Shown here: piece after piece, positions 37,592 to 50,302 of the stretch | Layout of the letters: each line of letters opens with the position of its first letter | How positions within the stretch are numbered: position 1 is the first letter of the stretch | From: Felis catus | Taxonomy: Eukaryota | Assembly (NCBI RefSeq): GCF_018350175.1 | Contig: NC_058382.1 | Span: forward strand, 50,036,001-50,100,000 | DNA: 64,000 nucleotides | Direction of reading: 5' to 3' | The notes under the pieces: model-generated | What the model saw: only the letters and a program-made list of their open reading frames with translations | Databases searched by the model: none | Told to the model about the DNA's origin: nothing | Made by a program: the position numbers and the translations under genes

Positions 37592-37800
37592 GGGGTGCCT
37601 GGGTAGTTCAGTTAGTTAAGCATCCGACTTTGGTTCAGGCCATGATCTCATGGTTCATGGGTTCAAGCCCCGCATTGGGCTCTGTGCTGACAGCTCAGAG
37701 CCTGGAGCCTGCTTTGGATTCTGTGTCTCCCTGTCTCTCTGTCCCTTCCCTGCTCTCATTCTGTCTCTCTGTCTCTCAAAAATAAATAAACTTTAAAAAG
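37592..37800 (+). mobile_element. CanSINE
   Basis: Full head/body/tail. Confidence 0.92.
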
Positions 37801-38650
37801 AAAGCAACTTAAAAGCAACTGGAGATAAAAGATACATTACCTATTGGGCAATAAAGATAAGAATAATTTTAGGCATCTCCTCAATAACTGTGCAAATCGG
37901 AGGACAGTGAAATCCCATCTTCGAAGTCCTAAAAGAAAAGGAAAAAGCCCTATAACTTAGAATGTTAAATCCACCAAAAAGATCGTTCAAAAGTGAAGGC
38001 AAAATAAAGGCTTTTTCAGACAAATAAATATGTATAGGATTTGTCACCAGCAGACCTGCGCTACAAGAAATGTTAAAGGAAGTTCTTCAAGTGTAATAGT
38101 GACAGCACATGGAAAATTGGATCCACACAAAGAAACTAAAGGTGCCAAAAAATGAGCAACATGGATGCACAAAATCGTGATGATTGCTTACTGAAGGTGA
38201 TGTAAACAGAAGTTAAAACAATTCTGATTCTGCTTTTATTAAGGCAGCATTTTAACATACATTTAGTTTAATTGAAAAAGCACAAAGTGCTCGTGAAAAC
38301 AAGATAAAATTCTAGAGAAAGAGTAAGCCCACGCTTGCTGAATTCAAACAGAAGGACAGAGGCGATGGGGAGAGGGTCACCATGGAGAACGGGCACGCTT
38401 TCTGCCCGTTCAGTCTGCTTAAGGTCTACGGAGAGCGTTGGCTGAAAAATGGCAAAGCTGAGGAAGCTCCAGAAGTAAATTGGATATCTGAGTTCTTACA
38501 AGTTCCTGCAAGTTCTTACAAGATAATACTCCCCTAAAATGTGACACTTTTAGCAGAGTTCAGTCTGTGGTATACTTATGTGTGCTTTGACTTTTTTTCA
38601 TACTCCTTTGGTTCTGTGTCTCTTTATTCATTCATTTATTTAAAAATGTA

Positions 38651-38885
38651 GGGGCGCTTGGGTGGCGCAGTCGGTTAAGCGTCCGACTTCAGCCAGGTCA
38701 CGATCTCACGGTCCGTGAGTTCAAGCCCCGCGTCAGGCTCTGGGCTGATGGCTCAGAGCCTGGAGCCTGTTTCCGATTCTGTGTCTCCCTCTCTCTCTGC
38801 CCCTCCCCCGTTCATGCTCTGTCTCTCTCTGTCCCAAAAATAAATAAACTTTGAAAAAAAAATTAAAAAAAAATAAATAAAAAAA
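38651..38885 (+). mobile_element. Young felid CanSINE
   Basis: Diagnostic TTCAGCCAGGTCACG; TSD TAAAAATGTA. Confidence 0.95.
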
Positions 38886-38899
38886 TAAAAATGTAAAAC

Positions 38900-39320
38900 A
38901 CTGAGATATAATTGACACATAACATGTCATACGATGTGTTGTTTTGATACATTTATAAGTTGCAATATATCACCTCACATAATTATCATTTCTTTTTTTG
39001 TGGTGAGAATAATTAAAGACCTGGTCTCTTAGCCAGTTTGAAGTTTATAATGGAGTATTGTTGACCATAATCTCTAGGCTGTGCGTTAGGTCTCCAGGAC
39101 TTACTGATCTATTATTTGCATGTCTGTACCCTAAACATCTTCCCCAGTTTCCTCACCCCACATACTCTGCTAGCTGTCATTCTAGTCTCTGATTTTACGA
39201 GTTCTGCTTTTTTTAGATTCCACAGGTGAGATCATACAGCATTCGTTTTTCTCTCTCTGACTTATCTCACTTAGCCTCATGCCCTCACTTTCTACCTCTG
39301 TTGTCGCAAATGTCAGGAAA
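38900..39320 (-). mobile_element. L1 3'UTR fragment (L1MA9-like)
   Basis: GAGATATAATTGACA..TGTGGTGAGAA..TTTAGATTCCACA..GTGAGATCATACAG..TGACTTATCTCACTTAGC. Confidence 0.8.
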
Positions 39321-39743
39321 TCTTGCCCCTGTCAACAGTGTCCCCCCAGCTCCGTCTGTGATGGGCCTTCACATTGTGTCCTGCTGTTGTTTGTGACCAT
39401 CTCCCCTGCCTCGGTTGGACAGGGTCTGCCCAGGTCATCAAGTGTCCTTCAGAGTAATTTAATTAATTGTTTTAATTAATAACATTCAAAAGCCTTTTCA
39501 GAGTTGCTCGGCAACATGTTGCTCTCTCAGCTGTCCCCTGAGCTGGGGAAGGGAGGTGACAAGGACAGGAAGGAGGTAGCCCGTGTTAAAGGTCCTTTCC
39601 CACCTGATCAGCTTGTGAAGATCAACTAGTTTTTGAGGAAAGACGAATATGACTTAGGAATCCTGACTTAAGTATCTTTCTAGGAAGAGAAAATCCATGT
39701 TGATAGGAAGCCTGTTCTTGTAACTACTAAGTTGAAAAATTTG

Positions 39744-39943
39744 TTTTTAAGTTTTACTTTTTTTGAGAGAAACAGACTGTGTGATTGGGGGAGGGGCAGG
39801 GAGAGAGGGAGAGAGAGAATCCCAAGCAGGCTCCACGCTGTCAGCACAGAGCCTGAGGTGGTACTCGATCCCATGAACCATGAGATCATGACCTGAGCCG
39901 AAATCCAGTCGGAGGCTCAACCTTCAAAGCCCTGCAGGCTCCC
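39744..39943 (-). mobile_element. CanSINE (diverged head)
   Basis: Minus-strand body GAATCCCAAGCAGGCTCC..GAGATCATGACCTGAG. Confidence 0.88.
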
Positions 39944-40631
39944 TTCCCTGGTGATTTGTACAGACCACACAGATATTTAATAAGCGTCAATCATTCTGGC
40001 CACTTTCCCACAAACTGTGTGGAGAATATAAATCAGGCACGTCTGCCGGGCACCACTCTTGGTCTGGGGTGAGCTTCAGAATGAGGTTGTTATTGGAGGC
40101 GGAGAGGAAGGAATGGAAAAGAGGTGCAAATGGAAACGGTAGTGTCTCAAGTAGGCTAATCGAAGGTGCGTACTTCGCACGTGTGCAGTCAAGTGTTAAA
40201 TTTTCAGATTTCCCTGGACAGTGTGAACATGAAAGAGAATCTCTTCACGTGGTAGCGGTGATGCTGTGATGTCTCATTTTGTGAGGTGAGGACCCCCTTG
40301 GGCCGACAGGCTCCTGGTTTCAGGCTGTCCTCCGCTCGCAGCAACCTCAGCTCCCAGCGCCGAGCTTTCTGTGGATCAGAGAGAGGCAGCGTCAGACCTC
40401 TGGGTAGAGCCAAGTGAGGTCGGGTCGTTTCTCCTTCCCGAGGGCCGGGCTCCTGCCTCCAGTCACAGAAGTCACAGATGTCACCTCTGATCTCTTTGCT
40501 TCCGTTCACCACACACCCTGCCTTTTGTTTTACAATGTACCTTCATTAAGGAAGCCTTCCCATGTGCCCGCCCCTCTAGGCAAAACTAATGACAATACAT
40601 CGGCGCTACCATATGGACATGCCGATAGCTG

Positions 40632-40659
40632 GTGTGTGTGTGTGTGTGTGTGTGTGTGT
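40632..40659. repeat. (TG)n microsatellite
   Basis: Read directly. Confidence 0.95.
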
Positions 40660-43581
40660 TGCTCTCCTGTAGGCTCTTGTGGGCACACTCTAAAATGCCA
40701 CTTGCTTCCCCTATAGCTGCTCATGATAATTGGCAAAGTGTGAGGCACAACCGATATACAATACCATTAATTAAACAAACTGCCATCAGAAGATGAGGAG
40801 CTGTTCAAAGCAAGTCAGAATACTTAAGAAAAAAAAAATCACATGAGAGAGATCATCTCTGTTAATACAGATTCCAGAAAAGGCGCTCTTGGCCTAGTTT
40901 GGGCCACCTCAGATACCCATACCTCCCTTTGTAACACGTGACATCCACCATTTATTTTTAAAAGCACGAGTGAAGTTTTACAGGCAAAATTTTCAGATGT
41001 TGTCGAAATACTTTCTTCAGGGTTTCTCGCTTCTATAATAGTCACCATGGTAATAACGATCACACGTAGAGAGTTTTACTCAATCTGCATACACTTGAAG
41101 TTAACTTGATGAATGGTTTAAAAAAACTGTTTACTAGAGTCTTTGCTCATCTCTAATACGCGTCACCAAATGCTGACCCTTTCCCTGTTAGTTCAGGGCA
41201 CATTTTAGTTCGCTTGGCCCCGCAGTTGTCTTTCCCCTCCAAATAATCTTTTCTCATCATGCCTGTGTTCAGAGGCGGAAAGCGTGGCTTGCTCGTGGAT
41301 TCAGGTGGAAGATGTATCCCACGTCGTGTAGCTCTGCCCCTCGCCCTTGCAACCGCACTTGGCTGAGGGATTTTGCTTTCGTATTACATTCTAGCCACAG
41401 CCATGTAGAATAAATTTATTGGTGGAGAAATTTTACTTAACCTTCAGGGGAGTTATTTAAAGTGATCGCAGCCTTGGCTAAGTGGGATCACTGAGATTAG
41501 TTGATTCGCTGTGACGCTGTTCACAATTTTTTGTCATAACCATCCGTGACGTGGTTTGGCTTTGAGAGCAATATTTAGAGTCCAAGGTCTCTCCTGAGAC
41601 GTAGGGCTAACAGGGTCGAGCGTTAGAGGAGTCGTTTCGTGGCAAGTATCTTTATCTTTAGGAAAGAAGATTTGCATACCTGTGCCTCTCAGTCCTCCCC
41701 GGCAAAGGTTTTCCTAGACAGCATCTCTGTTCATCTTTTTTTTCTTTAAAGAGCAAGATGGACGAGTCACATAGTCTCAGTTCCTTAAAACTGAGGAAAA
41801 CAGAAAGCACAAGGAAGGGGAATATTCTCTCAGAGGTAGAAAGAATCCCCTTGGAGGATGAGGGTGCTGTTCCGGCTCGTTGTGCACTGGGACACGTGTT
41901 CGATCATCTCCTCGGCTTTCCCCCCAAATTCTCCTCAACACTTAACCACCAACCATTTATCAGCTGGTGGTGGGACTGTAACTCTAGTTGAGTTCGATAC
42001 TCCTGCAAGCTAGGCGAAGCATTGCAGAACTAAATAGATGGTCATTTTTTTTTTTTAATGGAGTTAATAGAATTCTCTGACTTCCATTAGTAGATTTCAT
42101 GCTCAACCTTTAGCCAATGGGTTTTCCTTAATGTTAGCTCAAATCCTTCCTGCTGGGATAGAAAACACGTCTTGCTGGTCTTACATGAGAGGTGTGCCGG
42201 CCAGCAAATACATCTGTGATTATATAAATATGAATTATTTGTATTTAGGCTGACAGGTCCTTTTTTCAGCCCTCCATTCCTACTTTCAGAGATTCCTGTT
42301 AATCTTCCTTATAAATAACATATTGCACTTAACACTGAGGCTTTCTTCAAGTTATCCACATAACACACCAGTTGTTGGGCTGTGAATTAGAGGAGAGTCT
42401 GAGTGATGAACTCATTCTTAGCTTGAGTTCTCAAAGCTCCCCAGGTTTTTCCCTTATATGTGTCTAAAGCCATTTCTCCTTCTCTTATGTTATATTTGTA
42501 CAGATTTTTTCTTCCTAAAGGGATTACATCCACATCTATTTCTATTAAACACCACTCTGCTTATCTTTCCTTTTCTCCAAATTGTCAAGGGCGCTTCTTT
42601 CTTCTTAATTCTGTGTCCTAGCCTCATCTCTATGGAGATTTATCTAAGACCTGCACTGAGGAAATATCTTATTAAAATGTAAATAGATTCTCAACATTCC
42701 AGACACATTCAAATCATCCAAATGTGGCTATTTATTTGTTGGGTTCATGTTTCTATTTCTAAGAAAAAATGTGTTTAAAAATCAAAGACAGCAACTTTAA
42801 TTAAACAAGGTTATTGCATGGTGGGAGGGGCAAGACATTTGGAAGTTTATGTATAATTGTTCTTATGGGACAGTTATCTATAAAGTAGAATCAAAAATTC
42901 ACTTTATGTTCCTTTCCTTACATCTTAAGAAAAAGAGGCTTTCCTGTTTGTTTGAGAGTGAAAATGTTTTAAGATTTTCAGACCAGGCTGACTGAGCCCT
43001 TTGTCCTTTCTGATTGCCTCAAACAACTCTGAATCCTCTTTGACACATGCAGGATGGAAGTGTGTCCCCTCTCCCCACCCACTCTATTCTTGTGATGCAG
43101 TGTCTTTATTAATAGGGAAAAAACTCTGGAAATGGGAAATTGAGTCATGGCTCAGATTACTTCAGAAATATGGCTAGTGCGCCTCCAGTATTTGGTTAAT
43201 GTGACAATCGTCAAGATGGTCAGGATAAACTAAATCACGTGATAAGACTCAGAACTCTGTGGGGTTTAATTAATTGATAGCTACAAAAATAATTTGGGGA
43301 CAAAAAGGCCATACAATGCAAAAGTATTAGTATAGTGATGACCATATATTATAAATGTTTTCATAGTCATCTTTCCTTCTTGTCAATGTTCTTATCCCTC
43401 TTATCTACTAAGCTCATGTCAGACTTTGCTTGAATCTCCAGTTGTCCAGAATGGGGTGTCCTTTGCTTTTGGAAACTGTGAAGCAGTTGGGCAGAGACTG
43501 TAGAAAGGGTCAGCTAGAACCGAGGGTGAGGATAAGGAGGGTGGCAAGCTGTCATTCAAGATAAGATGCTGGCAGTCTTAC

Positions 43582-43691
43582 CGATTTGAACCATATTAGA
43601 GTGGGAGATAAAAATTTGAAATAATTCACATATATATGTGTCTGTGCACAAGTCACATTCACACACAACCAGTGAACAAAGCAAAGTATTC
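43582..43691 (-). other. Weak candidate exon (110 bp), possibly non-coding
   Basis: Minus-strand acceptor TTTCTATTCCTTGTTTTCTTCAG and donor TCG|GTAAGA; no recognisable peptide. Confidence 0.2.
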
Positions 43692-45829
43692 CTGAAGAAA
43701 ACAAGGAATAGAAATAGAACATTCTGGAGGTCAACAGAGACACACAAATTGTTCGCTCGTTGACTCACTCATGCCTTCTTTTCTTTCAATATTTATGTAA
43801 CCCCTACTCAATGGTCTGCACTAAAGAAGACAATACGGGAATAAAACGATGGAATATCTTTATGAAACTAGAATTAATCTGGGCAACATTTCGAAATGTA
43901 TACGATTAAATAGTAATTAAAAAGCCAATGGTTTAATGTCTTTCACATGCTGTAGCATGTTTGGAATTAACACTACTGGGTCCCTGGAAAAGGCCCACTT
44001 ATTGCTGAAACAGTTTTGCTTTGGGAATTAGCTTGCCTATAATACAAATAAGGCAAACACGTGGAGAAAGACAATGGGTGATGGTTCCTCCCAGGACATC
44101 TAGTAAAATACCCAGAATTGATTCTCCCGGGATCAATCACTAGAGACCTGGTGTCAGGCAAGGCATAACTAGTAACTTGCATGTTAACTTCCTCCTAGTG
44201 GCCTGAGAAATGCAACAAACTAGTTTGTGTTTCATATGTAAAATAAATGATTGAGGATAGTGAAAGGGAAATACAGCACTAAATGGACTGCGCTGGCTCG
44301 CGGGAAATGAACTTCTCCATCCCTGTTTACCAGCTGCATTGGTTTGCTTCTGCGACTTGCGGCAGCTCTATGTGGATTGTTTAAAAGGTTAGCTGCCATG
44401 ACCCTGATATGACAAAAGGATACACGAGGATGTGGATGTCAGCAGTGCATGAGTGCACATAACAGGAAAATGTTTGAGCTTTAAAGGTGGAAACGCCAAG
44501 ACCGTGTATTTGAGTAAAATGCTTCCACCAGTTCAATGGAGAGAGAGTTTGATGGGTCGTTTTCCCAGACTAATGAAAGGAAGGATGTTTTCTTTATGTG
44601 GATGGGATGGTTACAAATGAATATAATGGTTCCCCCAAATGAGCATCATTTTGAACATCATGTATTCCATTCACACCAGGGGCACTGATTTATAATTACC
44701 CTAATGGAGCCCAGAATTGGGACAAATGGATATTCACGCTGCATTTTCTTCTTAGGCACTGAGTATATTGGGCACATACCACCACAACTACAGGGTGCAA
44801 GTGAGGTTTGTTTACTTCAACTTGCTTGCAATGGATGTGCATTTCTAGGTCACTGATTCCAGCACAGCAGTGTTCATGGCAAACAGTGTATAAAGAGGGA
44901 TTTATATGCAGCATGGCTGACATAACTGGATGGACTCTGTCTTGGTCTGCTTGGGTGGCTAACTCTAAATGAGGCCCGGGCATCTGCAGGTAGTGTCCTA
45001 GCTGATGAAAAATGCACTTGAGTTTGGGCTTACTGATATCCAAGTACATGAAACTAAAACATATACTGAGCTGGGAACATGGAACAGAATCTATTATGAG
45101 TAGCAAGAGAAGGGGTGACTAAAATGTCTCCGTTAGTCCCGAATTCTGTTTCCTGTTTTATTGTGAGGGAGTCCATTGGCAAAGGAGATGAGATTTCAGA
45201 TTGAGACCTTCCAAGTAATGTTAAGTACCTGTCTATCAGAGCGTATCATCCGGGATGCTGGTAGCTGTTGTACTAGGTTCTGGGAGCATGTACTCACTTA
45301 TCTTTCTAAGTTGGTTACATTCAGCCATGATGGTATTCAGGCTGTTGACACATGATTTGTAAGAGGATTTAGTTTTCCTTAAACTGCAATATGAATTCTG
45401 AAATAGAAATCTAATCTTAAAACTAGTACAGGGGAATTTGCAAAAACATCTTAAAACACGAGCGCAGGGAATCTTAAAATAGTAGGAAGAATAATTTTCC
45501 TGGTGTCAGGAGAACACACGGTAGAAAGAGCAGGGTCATTAGTAGCTGATTTGTTCAGCCAAATGCAGGCCCTGTGACATATTTAAGGTGACGCAAAGAG
45601 TGATATTTGCTTAAGGGTGCAAATGTCTATCTTTGTATCGAATTCTGAAGCCAGTGCTGGAATATAAAAGTAGATATCTTATTCTTTAGTCTAGGAAGGA
45701 AAATTAGGTATTTTTAGATATTATTGATTCCAGCCTCCATATTGAGTTTATAAAAAAAGCAAAGACCAAAGGGATTGCTGCCTGTTGTTGCAGGGTCACG
45801 CAGGGCAAGTCGACAGCATTGCAACTGGA

Positions 45830-46320
45830 GGGATGGGATTCCCATTTATTAAAATGAGAAGCTTGTTGGAAAATCAGGTTTGGAAGATTTGAGGTTTGTT
45901 GGGGAGGGATATGCATTCCAGTTTGGACACAGAAAGTCTTAGATGGGTATCTGCAATCCTAGCAGACATGTCAAGTAGACAGCTGGAATTTGGGGCAGAG
46001 GTTAGGAGTTGTCAGTATACGCGTGGTCCTGGAAAGTCATGAGAGCTCCAAGGAGTGAGTGTACATATAAATATAGAAGACGTCCTTGGACAAAGCCTAG
46101 TGGCCCTACGGTGTTCAGAGGTCGGGGGGATGGGGAAGCACCATAAAGGAAATTTAAACGAGTGATCAGTGAGCAAGAAGAAAACACAGAAAGTGGGATG
46201 ACACTGGAGCCAAATGAAGGAAGTATTTTGAGGGAATGATCCCCCATGGGAGATGTGGCTGCTCCATCAATGTGGGACAAAATGCATTTAGTTAGACAGG
46301 ACTGAGGAGAAACCCTGTAA
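45830..46320 (-). mobile_element. L2 fragment
   Basis: CAGTTTGGACA..GACATGTCAAGTAGACAGCTGGA..GGAGCCAAATGAAGGAAGTATTTTGAGG, typical of antisense L2. Confidence 0.7.
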
Positions 46321-46369
46321 TCTTTAACCTGCTGGGGATATGAGGTGCTGTTGTCTCTTCTGACTTTGC

Positions 46370-46940
46370 AAATCCCAGAATTTTCAGACTCTCTCTGTTC
46401 CATTTCATTCCTGCTTACAAATGGAAATTCTTTTCTCAGCTAATCTCTCTTGAAACACTGTGGTAAATGCATCCAATAGTAACCAACTCATGCTATTAAC
46501 ATTCTGTTTTCCGATTTCTTCCCATAGAACTGCCATCTGATAAGGCACATGGTATAGAACTACCTATGATTGTTTACCAAATACTGTACTATTTCATAAC
46601 ACAGCTTGCCATTTTTCCAGCTTGTAATATAATTTTCCTTACTGCTCCTTCTCTAAGCTAGTGCTACAGTAAGATTTTATATTTTAGGGTTTTTAGCAGG
46701 GACCCCTCGAGAACCAGTCAAATGCTAGGCAATCCTCAAATTCCAATGGCCTAAAAGAGCAAGAATTTATTTTTCCCTCGTATAAAGCCTGCTGCATGTT
46801 TGGGCATTCACTCCAGGGTGACTGTTGTCCATGTCACGGCTCAGCTTGGCATCTTCACAGACCCCCAGGGCAGTGAGGGCTGTATTGGAAAGATGAAAAC
46901 CAGCAGGTAAGTTCTCCCACTTAGAAAGTTACACACAGCG
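46370..46940 (-). mobile_element. Probable old MaLR internal + MLT1J/K-like LTR remnant
   Basis: CAATCCTCAAATTCCAATGGCCTAAAA..TTTATTTT and adjoining MLT-int-like sequence. Confidence 0.4.
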
Positions 46941-47531
46941 CCCCCAAAGCAAAACCAGATGGCCGGTTCTGGTTTTTAAGGCTTAAAAAAGAGGACTAAG
47001 GTATAGTTGTAAAGTTTATCTCAGTACGTAAATCAGTGTAAAGCCATAGGATTTATTTTTTATCTTCTTGCATAATATCAAAATGATTTTTCTGTAGAGA
47101 CTGTTTTACTTCGTTTCTGGGCCTGAGACTCCAAAGACAGACTAGCTAGTGTGATAGGAACAGGCAAGATTTCCAGGAAAATGTCAATAATCCTCTTAGA
47201 GGGAAGAATGGACCAGGTTTTTATGTTTTGAACTCTGTCCTAAAGTAATTCATGCTAGTTGGTAGCAGGAGCTAATAGTAAAACCACATAAGTCTCACCT
47301 AAACCCCTGGTCTGTAACTGATGCATTGTTTTTTTTCCAAGTCTCACCTTTATTGTTCTACTTTGCTATTCACAACCTTGCACTGAAACAGCCCCTTGTT
47401 TTAGCTGACAAATACCTCACCTCTTTTATCTTCTCAATATTGCTTTCTTCCTTGCTGTCCTTACTCCAACGAAGACTAACTTTGGTTTTTATAAGGACTT
47501 GAGGCAGACACCTTAAAGCAACCATATTACT

Positions 47532-47748
47532 CTTTTTTAAAAGTTTATTTATTTTGAGAGAGATAAAGGGAGAGAGAGACAGAGTGAAAGGTGGAGGAGG
47601 GGTAGAGAGAGAGAGAGGGGGACAGAGGGTCTGAAGCAGGCTCCATGCTGACAGCAGAGAGCTGGACGTGGGGCTTGAACTCAGAACCATGAGATCATGA
47701 CCTGAGCTGAAGTCTGACACTAAACTGCCTGAGCCACCCAGGCGCCCC
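47532..47748 (-). mobile_element. CanSINE
   Basis: Full body; imperfect TSD CA(T/C)AT(T/C)ACTCTT. Confidence 0.92.
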
Positions 47749-48342
47749 CACATCACTCTTGATGTGAACATATTTAAACATAGTTGATCTAGCATTGCCT
47801 GAGAATGAGTTATTTTGCCATTAGTGAGATAGTTAAATCCAGGTGTTGGTCAAGTGAACTCGCCCTAATCTGCCAGGAAAAGTGTGACCAACCCCGTTAA
47901 AAATCTCTGTATTCCATTTGATTTTATTCCTACTTGAATATTTGTAGTAGATGCAGAAATATGAAGTGAAAGTGACTTTGTCTTGGACAGGTCTACCGTT
48001 CTACAAAACTAACAAATTTCTCTTATGTTCTCATGTTACTTGTGGATAGCGATATGTAGGTCACAAATTGTTTCAGGTTTGCGCTCATTTGGGTGTCATA
48101 CAGTAAATAGGGAATGTGTACGTTATTCCTACTCTACCGACAAGTAAATATAGACTTAAAAAAAAAAATCCAGACTCGCTAACCTTCACACAGTTAGCTA
48201 TTGACAAAGCTAGAATTAAAACCTGTGTTATCTGTTTTTCCTTTTGTGCTATTTCCACAAGCAATTTCCTACATAATTCAAAGTGAAGAGTATTATTTTT
48301 TTATCATGACCTGAAATTTATTTTATCTCATTAAATAAATAG

Positions 48343-48510
48343 TTGTACTGAGCACAGCACTTGAGGCTGTTCAAGTGGTGCCCTCGGTTACCTCTGTGTC
48401 TGGAGCTGTTCGAGGTTCCTTTTGTGTACCTGCCCGTGGGGCATCTGACAGCGATTCATTTATGGATTCTTCAAATATACTCCCAACATTAAAGAGGAGG
48501 GATTCTTTTC
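48343..48510 (+). CDS. Candidate internal coding exon (168 bp, phase 1-1), gene unidentified
   Basis: TAG| acceptor, strong donor C|GTAAGT, stop-free frame VLSTALEAVQVVPSVTSVSGAVRGSFCVPARGASDSDSFMDSSNILPTLKRRDSF, GC/CpG higher than AT-rich flanks; protein not recognised. Confidence 0.3.
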
Positions 48511-49846
48511 GTAAGTAACTCTTTATGAATTGGTAAATTTTTAATTGTTCTCAATTGGTGGCAAATACGTTAGTTAGCACCTTTAATAGAGTTCTAGCTG
48601 TTTCGGGATCTTACCAGGTAGCAAATTGACTTGTTATAGAGTTCAGGCCCACACTTCTCTCTTACCCTTTCTTTTTGCTGATCATACATGGAGCTTTGGA
48701 ATGAACAGTTGGAAGGTGCTGGACAAAAACACTTCACTTATCCATGCTAGAAGGATTGAACCATTAATACTGGGGGAGGGGGAGCATTTATTGAATCATA
48801 ATAAAGGTAGGAGCCAGATGTCTAAGAGGGACAATCCTTGAAATCTGGGTTAATTTTATTTTTTTAACATTTCTACCTGGTAATGCCATGCTCTTTAACA
48901 ATTTGCTTTACCTCTCTGTGCGTATTCTTCTTTATTAGATACGTGGAGGGAATTACTACACAATATTTAATAATGCATAAATAATATGTTCAACTTTATT
49001 TTCATTTCTGTGGAATAGATATCATAATCTTAAGATAATTCTATGATTAATATCTTCTCTAAGACAATATTAAAAAGAATCTTTTAGGTGATCCCATGAG
49101 TGGCCATTCTCTATGGCGTAAGAACAAAATCAAACACTGCTGGTATAAATTCTCTGGAATAGGGAATATGCTGAAATAATAAAATTTTCTGAAAAACCAT
49201 CAATCAGGATTCAAGGCTAAATATACCACTTATTAGAAAATTGGATTCCCAAGTTTAAATAAAACCAAGGCTTAATTTTAAACTTACTTAAATAATATGT
49301 ACAAAATATATTAGAGCAGAATTAAAAGAGGTTGACATGACTTTCACTTCCAGGAGTGATATAATAGGGCACAGCAGGCAAGTATGCCTATTGCAAAAAA
49401 AAAAAAAAAATCCTCATAAAAAATATTGTGAAGATATCAGAGAGCTGTGGAGGCGCAGGGATTACATGAACCACAATTTATGGGAGGAGAGAACATATCA
49501 GAGGTGAGGTAGTGATCTCTGCCTTTTTTCCTCTTCAATTTGTTAGAGAGGCATTTCCTGATTCTGGGTGTGAGCTAGGAGCTTGTACAAGCAGAAATGG
49601 TATTTTGGGGGAAAAGAGCAACGAGCAAAGCTTTTCTTGGTCATGTAGGGCCAATGTAACAATACCAATAGCAGGGATTTTTTTTTTCGTGGCGATTTTG
49701 AGCTGGTTTTGATGGGTAATGGAAGCTAGGGCCCTTGGTCAAAATATTTGCAGACGTAGAGTGAAATGTCCTGCACTCTTGAGGTGCGTAGGGAATAAAA
49801 ATCCAATTTGAAAGAAAACATAAAGCTGGTCTTTCCAACCATATTC

Positions 49847-50097
49847 TTTTTTTTAATTTTTTTTTAATTTTTATTTAAAAAAATTTTTTTTTCAACGTTT
49901 ATTTATTTTTTTGGGACAGAGAGAGACAGAGCATGAACGGGGGAGGGGCAGAGAGAGAGGGAGACATAGAATCGGAAACAGGCTCCAGGCTCTGAGCCAT
50001 CAGCTCAGAGCCTGACGCAGGGCTCGAACTCACGGACCGAGAGATCGTGACCTGGCTGAAGTCGGACGCTTGACCGACTGCGCCACCCAGGCGCCCC
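49847..50097 (-). mobile_element. Young felid CanSINE
   Basis: Diagnostic CCTGGCTGAAG..CTGCGCCACC; long T-rich tail. Confidence 0.95.
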
Positions 50098-50099
50098 TC

Positions 50100-50302
50100 T
50101 TTTTTTTAATTTTTAAAAAGTTTATTTATTTTGAGAGAGAGAGACTGAGCACGAGCAGGGGAGGGGCAGAGAGGCGGGGGAAGAGAATCCCAAGCAGGCT
50201 CCGCACTAATGTGCGGGACTTGAACTCAGGAATCGCGAGATCCTGACCTAAGCCAAAATCAAGAGTTGGCTGCTTAACTGACTGAGCCACCCAGGCAGCC
50301 CC
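50100..50302 (-). mobile_element. CanSINE (older; hosts previous copy in its tail)
   Basis: Minus-strand body ending CCAGGCAGCCCC. Confidence 0.9.

Larger units (their letters stand above)
36238..38150 (+). mobile_element. Ancient L1 (L1M-type) 5' region and ORF1 remnant, interrupted by two SINEs
   Basis: ORF1 C-terminal motifs at 37900-38090 (IFEVLKE; FKSEGKIKAFSDK; FVTSRPALQEMLKEVL). Confidence 0.7.

Noticed and set aside
46951..46976. 9-bp hairpin AAAACCAGA/TCTGGTTTT
   Set aside because: Short, low-complexity, expected by chance in 64 kb
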